Of a stretch of 64,000 nt of DNA, positions 23,739 through 36,553 are shown in pieces. Under the pieces are notes generated by a model, which searched no databases, was not told the origin of the DNA, and saw only the letters and a program-made list of their open reading frames with translations. Position 1 is the stretch's first letter; each line of letters opens with the position of its first letter. Where the stretch lies: assembly GCA_028534125.1 (NCBI GenBank), contig CM052816.1, positions 101,184,001 through 101,248,000 of the forward strand. The letters run 5' to 3'. The position numbers were made by a program, and so were the translations under genes. The stretch is from Lama glama. Taxonomy: Eukaryota.

Positions 23739-25575
23739 GACAGAAGGTTCTCCCCACCGCCGCCGCCCGGCTGCTGCGGCAACAGCGTCCGGTTTCGCCC
23801 TCCCACACGTGCTGTCCCCACCCTCAGGCCCGAGGACCTGGCGGGGCCAGCGCGCGGCCCTGTGCAGAGCACTGGAGGGAGTGGCCTGGCCTGCACACGG
23901 GGGATCCTGGGGGCGTGTCCGGGCTCTCCCTCCGGCAGGTGCTCGAGGCCGGGCCCCCGGTGTCACTTTGTGCCCCCCCCACCCTCCAGCATCCTGGGTT
24001 TCAGTTTCCATCCACCTCTCCCACCTGCCGCCCCCCGCCCCCGGCCCCGGCCCACTCTCGGCAGCTGGGCCCCGTGCGCGCATGCGCACTTGAGAAACGG
24101 GACGTGTCCCCTGCGTCTGATCCCAGCAGCGAGTCCCGACCGCCGAGGAGGCAGGGCAGAGCCGCCGTCTGATTTTTAAACATTTCTATATTTGCAGGAG
24201 CTCATGAGGATTTTATAAACTTCATTTAGATACTCCAGGAAACATTCAGCTTTTTTTTATAAAGAGAACATTGTTTTTCTACTTCGTTTTCCTTTGAGGG
24301 TCAGAGGATATTTATTTATATGCCCTTTTTTGATAGAACCTGAGGCTGCGTGGGGCTCTGAGCGCGCCTCCCCGGCCTCCCCTGGCCAGGCCGCTGCTTC
24401 TGCTGGGGCGCCGTGGGCGCCCGGCCCCAACCGCTCTCCTGCCTCCTTGATCCTTTTCAGATGCCGCTGTTTTTATTACTACTTGGGGTTTCTGTTGCAA
24501 TATGGCAGAATCCACTCCGCCGTAGCGTCAACTCTAATCAGAGCGCTGGGTGCTGGTGAGATAAGTCAGGCAGAAGGTGGAAGCGGGAAGGGAGTCCCCA
24601 GGTCAGGAGCCCTGGGGGCCCGTGACGCTCCGGGAGGCCCGGCCATGGCTGAGTGTGCCCCCCCCACCCCCTGTGGCTCTGAGACCATGAGCCGTTGGTG
24701 GGGGAAGGTGTGGGCGCAGTGGGGACAGGCGGTGGGCGGCCGGGGGGCAGGGCGCTGGGGCAGCAGCACCTCGGGCTTGGGAGGAAGCTCCCTGCCCTCT
24801 TACGAAGGCGCCTTGATTCCCTTCCTTGGGACGCAGTCAGAGACCTGCCATCAAGGCACAGTCACAACCACACACTCACCTTTGTCCCCTCAGGCAGAAC
24901 CTCTGGGCTTCGTGGGGAAATTTATTTTAATTTCTGAGAAAATTGGATTTTTTCTTGGGGGCCTCTCTGTGGAAAGTGGCTGCCAGGACCAGGAGCGCAG
25001 GGAAGACGTCTGCTAACTTCCTGAGGCACAGAGGCTTGGCAAGAGGGAGGCGCCTCCGCTTCCGTTCATGCCGAGGCCCCTCCCGCCCCGGGTGGGGCCA
25101 CCTGGCATCGTTCAGGGCGTCGGGCCCGCCGGACACAGAACCCCCAGCGCAGCCCTGGTGGCGAACAGGACTGACCTGGTGGTCGTGGAGCGCGTAAAGG
25201 TTCGCTTTGGAAGAGAACCCCGCACGTGGCATGAGGGAGGTGAACAAGCTGAGATGTTCTGAGGGAGGCCTCGGCCCCCGTCTGCGCATGAAGGGCTTTC
25301 GAATGAGGCGCCGCTGCGCGCTTTCAGGGAAAAGTCTCTGACAGACAGACCGTGAATGGATGTTTGTTCCTCCTGATTCTCCTTCACAGAACTGAGTTGC
25401 GGGCAGCCAGAGCGGGGGTGTACTTAGTCTGGGAGTCGAATCCGCGGAGGGTGAGGAGGGGGCGGCCGCCCGCCTGCGGGGGTCCCGCCGGGGTCCGAGG
25501 GCGGGTGGGACGGGCACCCGCAGGCAACTTCAGGTTTTCAGTGGAACGAATAAAACCTAGTTTATGTGCTTGCGG
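23739..25575 (+). other. LPCAT1: LPCAT1 3' UTR (inferred)
   Basis: Runs from the stop codon to the first AATAAA followed by a GT/T-rich tract; contains an AU-rich block at ~24170-24330. Confidence 0.7.
25549..25554 (+). terminator. Polyadenylation signal AATAAA of LPCAT1
   Basis: AATAAA followed by tttatgtg...tgtgtttgtt...gtggtttttt downstream elements. Confidence 0.7.
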
Positions 25576-27149
25576 CTGTGTTTGTTACGTGTGGTTTTTT
25601 AATTAGAAAAACAGCAGACCTGACTTGGGCCGCGGCAGGCGCACCAGCCCGGCTGAGATTTCTCTTGCTGCTCTTCCAGCGTGTTGGGAAAACACAGCAC
25701 TCGGAATTCTGCAGAGAAGGCTTTCTGGATCCCAAAGGGAAGGTCTGGATGTTTCCGTACCACGTGGATGGTGGCCAGCGTGTTACAGAACTCAACCTTG
25801 TACGGCTGTTTGCTGACCTGGAGCGTTGGCTTCTGCAGTTTCTCCGTGTCACACACACGCCTTAAACACGCGCTTTGTGGAGCAGAGAGAAACGTCAGTC
25901 TCGCACTTGGCCCGCCTCTTAGATCAGCGAAGGGTGTAGAAATAGACATAAGAGGAAGAGCTGACATGTCAATCCCCAAAACCGGATAAGAGGCGAGCTG
26001 CGTACGCGGCCACGGCTTCGGGATCGAGTGGCACTCGGGGCGCTGTTCCTGCGACAGCTCTGGGAAGCCGGTCAAGGGCGCGCGTGCGCGGACCCCGCCG
26101 GGCCGGAGCGGAGCGTGTGCCCCGAGCCGAGCTGTTTACCTCTTCCTTCGTGCTCACAGGCACTTGCTCTTCCTGACATAGTAAACAGGCATTGCCTGTG
26201 TATTGGTTGAATCGTTCTCCTGTTGTTAAGTGAAGGAAGAGGCTAAAGCGAAGCCAGGGTCTGGTCATTCCCAACTCCCCGTCGGAGGACTGGAGAGCAG
26301 CCTCCGGGCGTCAGTGGTGGGGCCGGGGCGGTGGCTGCTCTGTGCCCCAAGATTTGGGTCAGCAAACAGTTCCTCCTCACCCGCCTCTTCTCAGGCGGCC
26401 CCCGGTCCGACAGCACAGCCCTGTCCTGGGGCCCCGCCAGGCACACACACAGGGATGGAGAGGGTGCTGGAGCTTCTGCACAAAAGCGAAGCGCACCAGC
26501 CCCTCAGGGTTCATGCGGGACCCTGCGTCCTGCAGACGAGGGCCATGCAGGGAGGCCAGGAATGCTCGCAGGCACAGTCACACAAGCCACCCTCCAGCCC
26601 TGGGGGTCACAGCCCTGTGTTCCGCTGGGAAGCACTCTCAAAGTGTGGTGGAGATCACCCTGTTAGGACGGACCCCCTCACTGAAGCTTCGACGTCATCG
26701 GGCCAGCTGCTTCTGGGGGTGGGGGCCTGGTCAGAGCGTCAGGCTTCCCTGTGCTGTCAAGTTCACCCCTTCGTGACGTAACATGAGGCGGCAACGGGAG
26801 CCAGCCGCTCGCTGCGCCTGCAAGTGCTGCTGGCGGAGGCTCAGAGGCAGAGACGGCAGGTCTGGACCTGGAACAGCGTGTTAAAATGAGGACAAGCGTT
26901 TCCCCTCCTGGCAGGAGGGCCCAGCCAGGCGTGCTGCCACCCAGGGAGGGGGCCGCATCGGGAGCCAAGTCCTGGGCCGGCATCTGACAAGGGGGGTCCA
27001 GCCATGGCCCCCCCGGCCTGGGCTGTTCCTGGTCACTCGGCTCCAGTGTAGGATCTGGGACTCACCCCAGTCCCTCCTTTCAGAGCCACGTTGTCACACT
27101 GGGCTCTCTGGGGGGAGAGGCAGGCCCCACCCATCACGTGCACACTTGG

Positions 27150-28340
27150 GACAGGGCCACCCGAGACAAAGACTCGGAGAAAATGCCACGAGCCTGTGTG
27201 GGGCAACGCACCACCCCAGCAAAGCACAGACCAACAGGGGACCTGACCGAAAAAACACCAAGCGTCCTGCCACGGCGACTGGAGTCCCAGCGGAGGCGAG
27301 ATTAGGACAGAAAAAATACTGGACAGAATATTGGCCAGAGCTCCCTCAAATCTATCAGCACAGATACCCGAGCAGCTCAGTTAGCCCAGCAGGAAAGTTG
27401 TAACCGAAACAGCAAAGCAGGTCACAAAAGATTCTGGAAGTTGGTGGCAGTGAAAGCAGCCAGAGAGTAAGTCAGCTAGACTGCAATTTAAAAAAAGGGA
27501 AAAGGCAGGCAGGGAAAGAGCGCATCGTGGGGCCAGGCTAAGAGGAGCACACGTGGAGAGCAGGCTGTGCAGGGGGTTAGTGTGATTTGAAGGCAGGTGG
27601 TGCACAGGTGAAAACGTGTTAAGTCTCCCAGGGAAAACACAATGAAAACGTAGCGGTGTGACTGAAAAACCAATAGCAGAAATAAAATGGGATTTTTAAA
27701 ATGATAATTTCACTCAAACTGATCAGGAAAGTAAGGGGGGGGAGAAAGGACAGACAATAAACACAGAGCACAGCAAAGGGAAGGCTTGAATCCAGCTCTA
27801 TCAGTAACTGCACGGAACACAGACTGAAGCTCCTAGACGACAGCTGCGAGGCCAGACTGAGCCACAGCCACCAACCTGGCTGCACGCCGTCTAAACACAC
27901 CCTGAAAGTTTGAAAAAAGGGAAATATAATATGCAGACGTAACCACAACAAGGCTGGTGTAGCAAGATTCAACCACACGAAGTGACCTTTAAGACGAGGA
28001 GAATCACGGTGTAGACAAACACTGAGCGATAGAAGGTTCAGTCCAGCTAAATGCGCGCGTCCCTCGCGACAGCTTAAAATACATTTAGCAAACAGGGGCG
28101 GAATGAAAAGGAGAAATAAACAAATCAGCAGAGCTGGAGATTTTAACACACTTCTCTCCGTGAGCAGTAGAACCACCAGGGAAAGAAACACAATTATACG
28201 GAAAATGTGACCAACGCCGTTTACCACATTGACTGAATGGCCATTAAACATGCACATGAAGCAGCTGATCAAATAGACCCTATGCTTGGCTAGAGAGTAA
28301 ATTTCAAGACATCTTAAAATGTTTAAATCACACCAAGTAC
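27150..28340 (+). mobile_element. Old L1 remnant 1 (ORF1 C-terminal region to ORF2 endonuclease)
   Basis: ggagtcccagcggaggcgag...gaaaaaatactggacag (ORF1-like); gctggagattttaacacacttctctcc (GDFNT-like endonuclease motif). Confidence 0.7.
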
Positions 28341-28539
28341 GCTCCCTCATTGAGAGGAAGCTCCCCACATTCCAGGGGCAGGACCGGGCTCCCAGCCCGC
28401 CAGCCGCACAGGAGCTGGCAGGTGTCCGCCCGGGGGCAGAGCAGCGCCAGGGCTGCAGCGCGGCCAGCCTCTGCCCCGTGGTTGCCAAGGGCCGCTCCGG
28501 CTCTGGGTAATTCTTTTAAACTTAGAGTGAACTAGTCCG

Positions 28540-31500
28540 CAATTTTGCTTCCAGTCAAGATGGCAAAACGGAGACTGGATTCGCCCTTCGTCCCAGAAGA
28601 GGTCACAGATGGAAACGCAGAGGGGTCTGCCTGAGTCGTGAAGAAAAAGTAACCCCTCCACAAACCCAAACCCAACCCCGGTCCCGCCAGACAAAGCTTA
28701 GAGGCAAGACCTGAAGGGACAGCCAACCCTCTGGGAGCAACTTCCCTACGGCCCAAGGTTCCAGAACACTCAGGGGAACACAGCCGTCCAGCACCCAGAG
28801 AGGAAAGCTTACAACCCCTCAGACCCAGCCAGAGGCCACCGGAGGCAAGACGAGCGGGAAGGAAGACCCGTAGGCCCCACAGCCACACCCAGAAGCGAGT
28901 CTGGCCATGGCACTGACAGTCCCTGTGCAGCATACCTGGGCCCCTCGTTCAAACGCCCGCTAGGAGCGAGAGCGACGGTGCTTGGCTGAGACTGAAAGGT
29001 GTCTTTTAAATAGCACACATGCAGATTCTGTCGGTGATAACCATGATGTTTGCAATGCAAGCTGCCTGGGTTGGGCTGGAGGGCGGATTCGACGCCACAG
29101 AGGAGCCAGCAAGCGCACGTGAGGACACAGCAGTGGAGACTATTCAGAGCAGCACAGAGAAGAGGGACAAGCAGCCGAGCTGAGCCCCAGCGAGCTGCGG
29201 GGCCTCCCGCCCCCCGACGCACGCGCTGCTGCGGCTCCCACAGGGAAAGGGCGAACAGAGAAGTATGCGGAGAAACACTTCCCCAGATGCGGCACGAACT
29301 GTAAACCCGTGGATCCGAGGAGCTCAGTGAATTCCAAGCACAAGAGCCGTGGAGGAAACTACATCAGGTGCATCGAAATCCACTGCTTAAAACAAAGAGA
29401 AAGTCAGAAACCAGAGGAAAAGGACACACTTCACGCAGAAGAACAGGGAGACACAGCGGATTTCTCTTCACAGACAACGGAAGCCAGAAGTCAGTGTCTG
29501 CCGAGCCTGCAGAGGAAAAGAGCACGGCCAGCCTGGATTCCTCACTCAGCAAAAATACCTTTCAAGGCAGAGGAATACAGATGTTTCCAGACACAAAAGC
29601 TGAAGGAATACACCACTGGCCAGCAGGCCTCGCCGCACAGTGTGAAAGCGAGTCCTTCAGGCAGGGGGGCAGTGACTCCACTTTGAAATCCGGATCCACA
29701 CGGGGGGCGAGGGGGCGCAGACATGACGGTCACAAGGGCGGCTGTCAACACGGCTTCCTGCATTACTCAGGTCTCTTTCAGCAATGACTGACTGTCCAAA
29801 GCAAAGCGGGTGGTGTGTTCTGGGGCTCATGACACCTGGACAGCAATGGCGAGGCGCCAGGAGCGGTAAACAGAGTGCCCCTCGTGTGTCCTAATGACGT
29901 GTGCAGCAGTGTGATGCCACTTGAAGGAGGCACCAAAATGACACGACAGATGTAGCTAAGGGTCCAACAAAGTGGGGAGAACGTGGCACTCAAGAAGAAA
30001 ACCCTCAGTCTGAAGGGCAGCAGCGGCGGCGGTGCAGGGGAGAGGACGCAGTGCAGCAGACGGTGCGTCCCACCCAGCCGCGCCAGCACCGCACTCGCCG
30101 CACACGGTCGGACGGCCTCAGTGATCCGCGGAAACCATCAGGCCGGACACAAAAGCGAGACCCGAGCACACGAGGCCCACACGGAGCAGGCGTCAGGTGG
30201 ACGCCAGCTGGCCAAAGGAGAAGGGCGGCACCCACGCCATCAGAAGGAGGGGTGAGCGTCCCTCAGAGCCGGTTAGCAGGCCCGAGCAAGGTCATTTCAC
30301 GACAAGAACTCAGGTCCCAGGAGACACAGCCCTAAGACACATCAGCGAGCCTCCACGTGAATGAAGCAAAGACGGCGGGACCACAGGCCCTACGAGGCCG
30401 CCCGCCCTCCCATGCACAGCGCTGTCGGCGCCTCTCCCCGCGACGCGACCGAGCGGGCAAGGGGGCGGGGGCTTTGCAGGGAAACAACGCGAACTAACTT
30501 GCCCTCCGCGAGGGTTACACAGCGTTCACGCAGCAGTAACGGCGCACACAGTCTCCTCAAAAGCACGAGAAAACCTTCCCAAGTGTGACCGTATTCTGAA
30601 CAATAAAGTGAGTCTCAATAAGCTTACAAGGACTCAAGCGATAGAAGTGTGGTCTCTAAGAAGGGGCAAACCACTTAGACACCAACGTAAGAAATACATT
30701 CAGAGAATAATAAAATAAAGAAAAACACTCATAAAGCCCTCAAATATCTGGAAACTAATTAACATGTATAAATACTAGTGGGTCAAAGAAGAAAGCAAAA
30801 GCGAAATTTAAAAATTTTTAACTGACTGAAAACAAAAACAATGTATCAGCTGTATGGAATTCAGCTGCAGCAGCGCTTGCGGGGGACTAATGGCACTGAA
30901 GGTCTAAACTGAAAAGGGATAAGAAGGAAGAAAAGAGTGACGGTCACGAGTCAGTGAGCACCTCCACCTGGAGAAACCCCAGCAGGCTTTTCTGCATGGA
31001 AATCGGAAAGTTAATTTTAAAATTTGTATAAAAATGCAAAGGCCCTAGAATAACCTGAACAACTTTGAAAGAACAAAGCTGTTTGACTGACATCCCCTGA
31101 CCTGACGAGGTGTTAAAAAAACCACAGTAACCACGACGGCGGAGCACTAGCCAGCTCAGGCCGCCGTGGCAGAAGCCACCACCGGCTGGGGGCTCAAACG
31201 GCAGAGACGGAGCTCCGCTTAGCCCTGGGGCTGCGTCAGATCGAGATGCTGGCCAGTCTGGTTTCCGGCGTGTGCTCTCTCCCCGCTCGCAGACCGACGC
31301 GGTCTGGCTGTGTCCTTACGCAGCAGAGAAAGAGAGAGACAGAGACAGAGACAGAGACAGAGAGGAGAGGGGCTCCTCTTCGTGGAAGACCACAGTCCTG
31401 TCAGAATAGGGCCCCACCCTGATGACCTCATTCACCCTTAACGACCTCCTGCAGACCTTACCTCCAGACACAGTTACATTAGGGGTGAGGGCATGCTGGA

Positions 31501-32800
31501 CACAATTCATCCACAGAAAGCATGGTATTGGCACCAAAACGCCAGCCAATGGCACTGATGATCGTCAATGAATAGATCAGCGAAGCAGAGGCCTCAGAAA
31601 CAAACCCTCAGCATATGGTCATGATTTTTCAACAAAGGTGCCAAGGCCGCTCCAAGGAGAAAGGGTGGCTCTTCAACAAATGATGCTGGAACAACTGGAC
31701 ATTCACATGTGAACAGAAGGACTTTGATCTCTGCCTTACACCAGGTTAATTTAAAATGAATCATATAAGTAACTGTACAGCCTAAATTTTTAAAACTCTC
31801 AGAGGAAAACTCAGGAGAAAATGTTTGTGACGTCGGGTTAAGTAAAAGTGTCTCAATTTAAGCAGGATTCATAAAGGAGAACAAATCAGTAAGTTGGACT
31901 TCATCAAAATGAGCAACTCTGTTCTTCAAAAGACTCAAGAGGATGAAAAGACAATATAAGATTGGGGGGAAATGTTTGCAAAGCAGCCATCAGACATGGA
32001 AAGGGCGTACATCTAAAACAGGCAAAGAACACTCAAAACTCAGTAATAATACAACAAACAACTTGAATGCGCAAAAGATTTGAACATACACTTGTCAAGA
32101 AGTTACCCTGATGGCACCACGCACGTGAAGAGCAGCCAAGACACGCTGGTCACTGGGAAAATGGGGCACTACCACGTGCCTATTAGAATGACTGAAACTA
32201 AAAAGACTGGCCATGCTAAGTGCTGAGGAGGACACGGAGCAATGGAAGCTCACAGCCTGTTTGTGGAGATGTCAAAAGTGCAACCACTTGGCAGAACAAT
32301 TTGACAGCTTTTAATAACAGGTAAACATACATCCACTAAATGACCCAGCCGTTGCCCAAGTAAGTCTCCACTCAGGAGAAATGAACGCACACCTTGCAAA
32401 GACTCATGTGCAAATATTCACGGCAGTTTTACTTGTAAGAGCCCGACACCCATCGGCAGGTGGATGGATAAATAGACTGCGCTCTATCTGTGTGATGGAG
32501 TACTACTCAGCACTGAAAAGGAACACACTGATTTGTGTAACAACATACATTCATCTCAAATAGGCTGAGTGGAAGAGAATAGATCCCCAAACAGTTCCAT
32601 TTACATAAAATTCTAGGAAGAATAAGTGAATTGACAGTGGGCAGTTGAGCGGTTATGGGTCGGGGTGGGCAAAGGCGGACTATGCAGGGGCGAGAGGACA
32701 GTGCGAGAGGTGCCCTCAGCATGTTCCGGGGCCACACAGACGACTTACCAAATAGCACACCTGACACACGTGCAGTGTGTTGCACGCCAGTCACACCCCA
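28540..32800 (+). mobile_element. Old L1M remnant 2, internally deleted (5' end, ORF1, parts of ORF2, 3' end), interrupted by an MLT1 LTR
   Basis: cttccagtcaagatggc (5'-end-like); ORF1-like 29020-29790; ORF2-like 30400-31110 and 31520-32400, e.g. aacaaatgatgctggaacaactggacattcacatg; 3' UTR-like to ~32800. Confidence 0.8.
31150..31510 (-). mobile_element. MLT1-like LTR nested in L1, with a (GAGACA)n microsatellite
   Basis: gggccccaccctgatgacctcattcacccttaacgacctcctgcagaccttacctccagacacagttacatt is a typical antisense MLT1 segment. Confidence 0.75.
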
Positions 32801-33739
32801 ACAAAGCTGTTAGTGAAGCAAGGACACAAATGGCAAGATAACGACAGAAGATAAGATGTTTTGCTGGGATGTTGGGATTACAAGACATTTCCTTTGTCCT
32901 CCAGTCTTGTTCCTTTCCAGCATTGTTTTGGCTCCACTAGGTCCATACACATTTTAGAACCAACTTCAAAAAAGCCAGTTAGAACTTTGGTTGGAATTGA
33001 GGGGACTCTCCCGGGACTCTCCTGCCACCTGCCCCGCCGGCCCTCCCCCAGCTCTGCAGCTGCAGCCTGTCCCCCCCAGACGGTGAGCAACTGCCCTGAG
33101 GGTGAGCAGGATGATGCCCTGAGTTCTGCCTTCACCCATCCAGGGCTCCCAGCCCACGGCAGCCATGCTGAGGACAAGTCTGGGGCAAAGTTCCAAGAGC
33201 TCGAAGGCTGTGGTTTAACCAGCTCTTAACCACAGGGTTCCGATGGAGCAGGCTGCTCACAATCTCTCTCCTGTGGCCAGGCTGCCGGCACAGCTCCCTG
33301 GTCACGAACACCCCCAGGGCTCTTCTGAGTCGTGGTTAGAGGTGGGGGTTGGCAGGGCTGGAGGGCCCAGGCTGCACTTGTCTCACCTGAGCCCAGGCCA
33401 ACATCCTCCACTGGGTCCACGCTGCGCCTGGACGGGGAGGCTGCCCTGCCGTGCTCCCCCCACCCCTGCTCCCTCTTTCCTGCACATTGGGCAGGGGCCT
33501 CGGCTGTTCCCCAGGACTCAGCTCCTCCCCAGGTGTCTCTGTCCAGTGTGTGGGCTTTCAACACGTATGGCAGAGCTCGCCCCTCCCGCCCTGCGTTCCT
33601 GCCTCTCAAACGCAGGGCTGCTCTTTTTCCTTGAAACCCACACTGAGGAGCAATGTGGGGAGAGTCACCCTGCTGTGACAGCCCCTGGGGCAGCGCAGAT
33701 GCAAGGTGGCTCACCACCATCTTCTGAAACCCCTGTCAC

Positions 33740-33985
33740 TTCTCTGAGTATGCGTCCCCAAAATGCCTACTGAAATCCTAACCCTCGTGCAGCGGTGCTG
33801 GAAGGTGGGCCCTGGGAGGTCACGAGGACTGGGTTCCCAGGAACGGGGCCGATACTCTCGTAACAGGCGCCCCAGAGCACTTGAACGTCCCTTCTGCCAC
33901 GTGAGGACTTGGCCTCCAGCCTCCAGCACTGCCACATACATTTCCGTTATCCTAAGCTGCCCAGTCCGTGGTATGTGTTACAGCG
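33740..33985 (+). mobile_element. MLT1-like LTR
   Basis: cgtccccaaaatgcctactgaaatcctaacc ... ctaagctgcccagtccgtggtatgtgttacagcggcc. Confidence 0.75.
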
Positions 33986-34849
33986 GCCAGAGAGACCGAG
34001 GCACTGGGTCGTGGGCTCCCCTGCAGGGTCCTTACTCAGCCCGCGGCCTGGAAGAGCAGTCCCTGCCAGCTCCCCCGGGTGCCAGCCACCCCCAGTCAGG
34101 AGGCTATGGGAGAGGCAGCGAGGTGTGGCCTCAGGATAAGGCCCAGGTGGTGGGAGGCGGGGGCACGAGAAGCCAAGGTGCTCTGTGGACCCCTGGCAGA
34201 GGGACACTGCATCTGTGACACTGCTGAGCAGGGTGGAGAGTGGGGACACATGTGGGCCCCGCCTCGCAGCAAATACACAGCGAGAAAATCAAAGCATACG
34301 TGGAGGTCAGGGTGGGGAGGTGACTGCCCCAGGCTTGGTCGCCAGGCCCCCGTCGACGTGCAGAGCCAGGGCAGCCACCTACCTACCTTGATGCTGGTCT
34401 GCACCTGAGGGTCCTGGGCCGGCTTGGTGGCCGGGGGACGCCACTCCGCTGTGTGGTGAGGGCCCAGTCCTGCCAGGGGCGTCTCTGCAAAGACTCCAGT
34501 CAGTCTCCTCCCAGAGCCAGTGCTGACGCCGGGCTCACCAGGCCAGTCCACAGAAATCGTTCTCCAGTGCGAGTGTGACTCCTGACCCTTGGTTCCAATC
34601 CATTAGCGCTCGATGTGGCAATGCACGGGGACCCTCTGCTCCTTGCCCCGCGCTGAAGGGAGACCAGGCCCCGCTCACGTGGCCACAGAAGGACCCACGT
34701 CTCCGCAGCCCAGATCCAAGCGACAATCTGGTACCTCGAGGCCCAGATACCTGGGTGCACAGCAGGAGAAGAGACGGCCAGACTGGGCTGGGTCTGAGCC
34801 CGTCCATCCGGGCAGGGGCAGGGGTCGTGTCATCAGCTAGAAACGCGAC

Positions 34850-36100
34850 AGGACACCAGGCGCTGGACTGGCATCCTGGCCGCTAGGCTCCCCCTCCAAC
34901 TCCAAGTAAGAGAGTAAGATCGCAGGTCCGGAGACGTCCCCAGGGCGCCAGCCGTCGGGAGGGGCGGCCACAGTGGAGAAAACGTCTGGGGACAGCATGG
35001 TGGGGGGTGGGAGCACGGGGGAGGGATCGGCAAGACCGGCTCCGCTCGGCGGGATCCCGCGCGCCCGCCGCCCAGCTCCCTCCCGCAGCCCGCGGCTCCT
35101 GCCGGGCCTCGCTGGGCGGAGCGGTGGGTGGGCCGAGGCAGCCCCCAAAGGCGGCCCTGGGGGGATGCAGGCGAGGTGGGAGGGAGACGGAAAACCTCCC
35201 GTCTGGGTCCTCCGAGGCCTGGGACCCAGAGGTGTCCCCGCTGCCACGCGCCCCGGGAGGCGCAGGGCCTCGGGCAGAGCGCGCCGCTGGCAGCGGACTG
35301 GCGCCGCCGCCTCGACCCTGCGGTCCAGGTCCCGGGGGCGGGGTGCAGGGGCGGGGCCGAGCTCGTCCCCCGCCCACCCGGGCGGCCCGCAGGCGGAGCC
35401 AGGGCGGGTGGGCGCCCCCGTTGGCGGGCGGGGCGGCCCGGCGACAAGATAAGAGCCCGGAGCTGTGAGGGACCAGAGAAGGAGCTTTGGTGGACGATCG
35501 GCGGTGGGATCCCAGGCAGAGCCAAGGCCGGGCACGCAGGTGAGGCCGGGCCGCTCCCTTCGCAGGCGTCCCCCGCACAGCCTTCGAGGGCGCCGCTCCC
35601 CACTCGGATCCCGAAGGCTGCGGCCGAGGGGCGCCTGGCAGGGGCGGGCGCCGTCGGGAGTGCCACATCCCGCAGGCGGCGGCGTCTCCAAAAGTGGCCA
35701 ACAGTTGAGGTGCACAGCGCCCCGCAACAGTGCCATTGGCGACCTTAAGGCGATCTGTGGCCGCGCGGCGTGTACACAAGAGGGGGTGGGGGCTGGTGTG
35801 CGCCCCTCGCGGGCCCTCGCCCGGCCCTGCCCCAGCGGGGAGCGGTTCGGGCAGGGGGCGGCTGTCCCAGGCTTCCGTGCCGTGGACTCGGGGGCGGCAG
35901 CTGTGGCTGATTCCGCCCTTGAGCCAGACGCAGCGCAGGGCGAGGCAGACCCGGGCCAGCGGCCCCTGACCGAGCGCGGGTGGTTTTCCCAGGCAGCTGC
36001 TGCCTCTCGCGGGGTTTGGTCTTTGATTTTGAGATGAGGTGGGGCACGGGGTTGCGGGGCGTCCAGGCTGCCTGCAGGGAAGGACCGGAGCTCCGTTTCT
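34850..36100 (+). promoter_or_regulatory. SLC6A3: SLC6A3 CpG-island promoter (no canonical TATA box)
   Basis: Dense CpG; GC boxes at 35402-35436; GATAAGAGCCCG at 35448-35459 matches the human DAT core promoter as I recall it. Confidence 0.8.
35475..35539 (+). other. SLC6A3: SLC6A3 non-coding exon 1 (5' start approximate)
   Basis: Ends gcacgcag|gtgagg downstream of the TAAGA element, resembling the human exon 1 donor context. Confidence 0.65.
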
Positions 36101-36511
36101 GTTCTGGGTGCAGATCCACGCTTCCTCAGAACCACGTTCTGCTTCCTGTGCCCAAGCCTGGCCTCTGAGGTGGCGGCTTCGGGAGTGTGTGGGTTCACCC
36201 CAAATGCCCAGCCTGGGGTTTCCCGGCAGGCGGTCCTCGATGCGCCTGCGAGGGCCGCTGTCAGAGCAAGAGGGCTGTGATCTGCCACCAGTTCAAGTCC
36301 ATCCCTCCCCAAGCAGACCCCACAGCCAGCCAGTCCCACCCTCTCCTCTGGTGAAGCCCCTCCTGGGCCCCTTCACTCACCCTAGGAAAGTGCTGCCGGG
36401 TTTGTCCTGGAGAAGCCGCGCAGAAGATGGCTTGTGCTCTGAGTTTTGTTCAAACTTGGATGAAGAGGGAAATTGCCCCATTACTGCTGCCATCCTGCTC
36501 CCTTCTGCTCC

Positions 36512-36553
<42 letters not shown>

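Noticed and set aside
24294-25016. 240-aa ORF downstream of the LPCAT1 stop
   Set aside because: Lies in the inferred 3' UTR; low-complexity GC-rich product with no recognisable homology.
27619-28488. 289-aa hydrophobic minus-strand ORF
   Set aside because: Antisense reading of an A-rich L1 remnant; the apparent membrane character comes from T-richness.
35705-35722. RE1 right-half-like ACAGCGCC in SLC6A3 intron 1
   Set aside because: No left half-site; too short to support in a GC-rich context.
34833-36339. Long overlapping ORFs (up to 500 aa) across the SLC6A3 promoter
   Set aside because: Pro/Ala/Gly/Arg-rich with no recognisable domain and present in several frames; expected from stop-codon scarcity in a CpG island.
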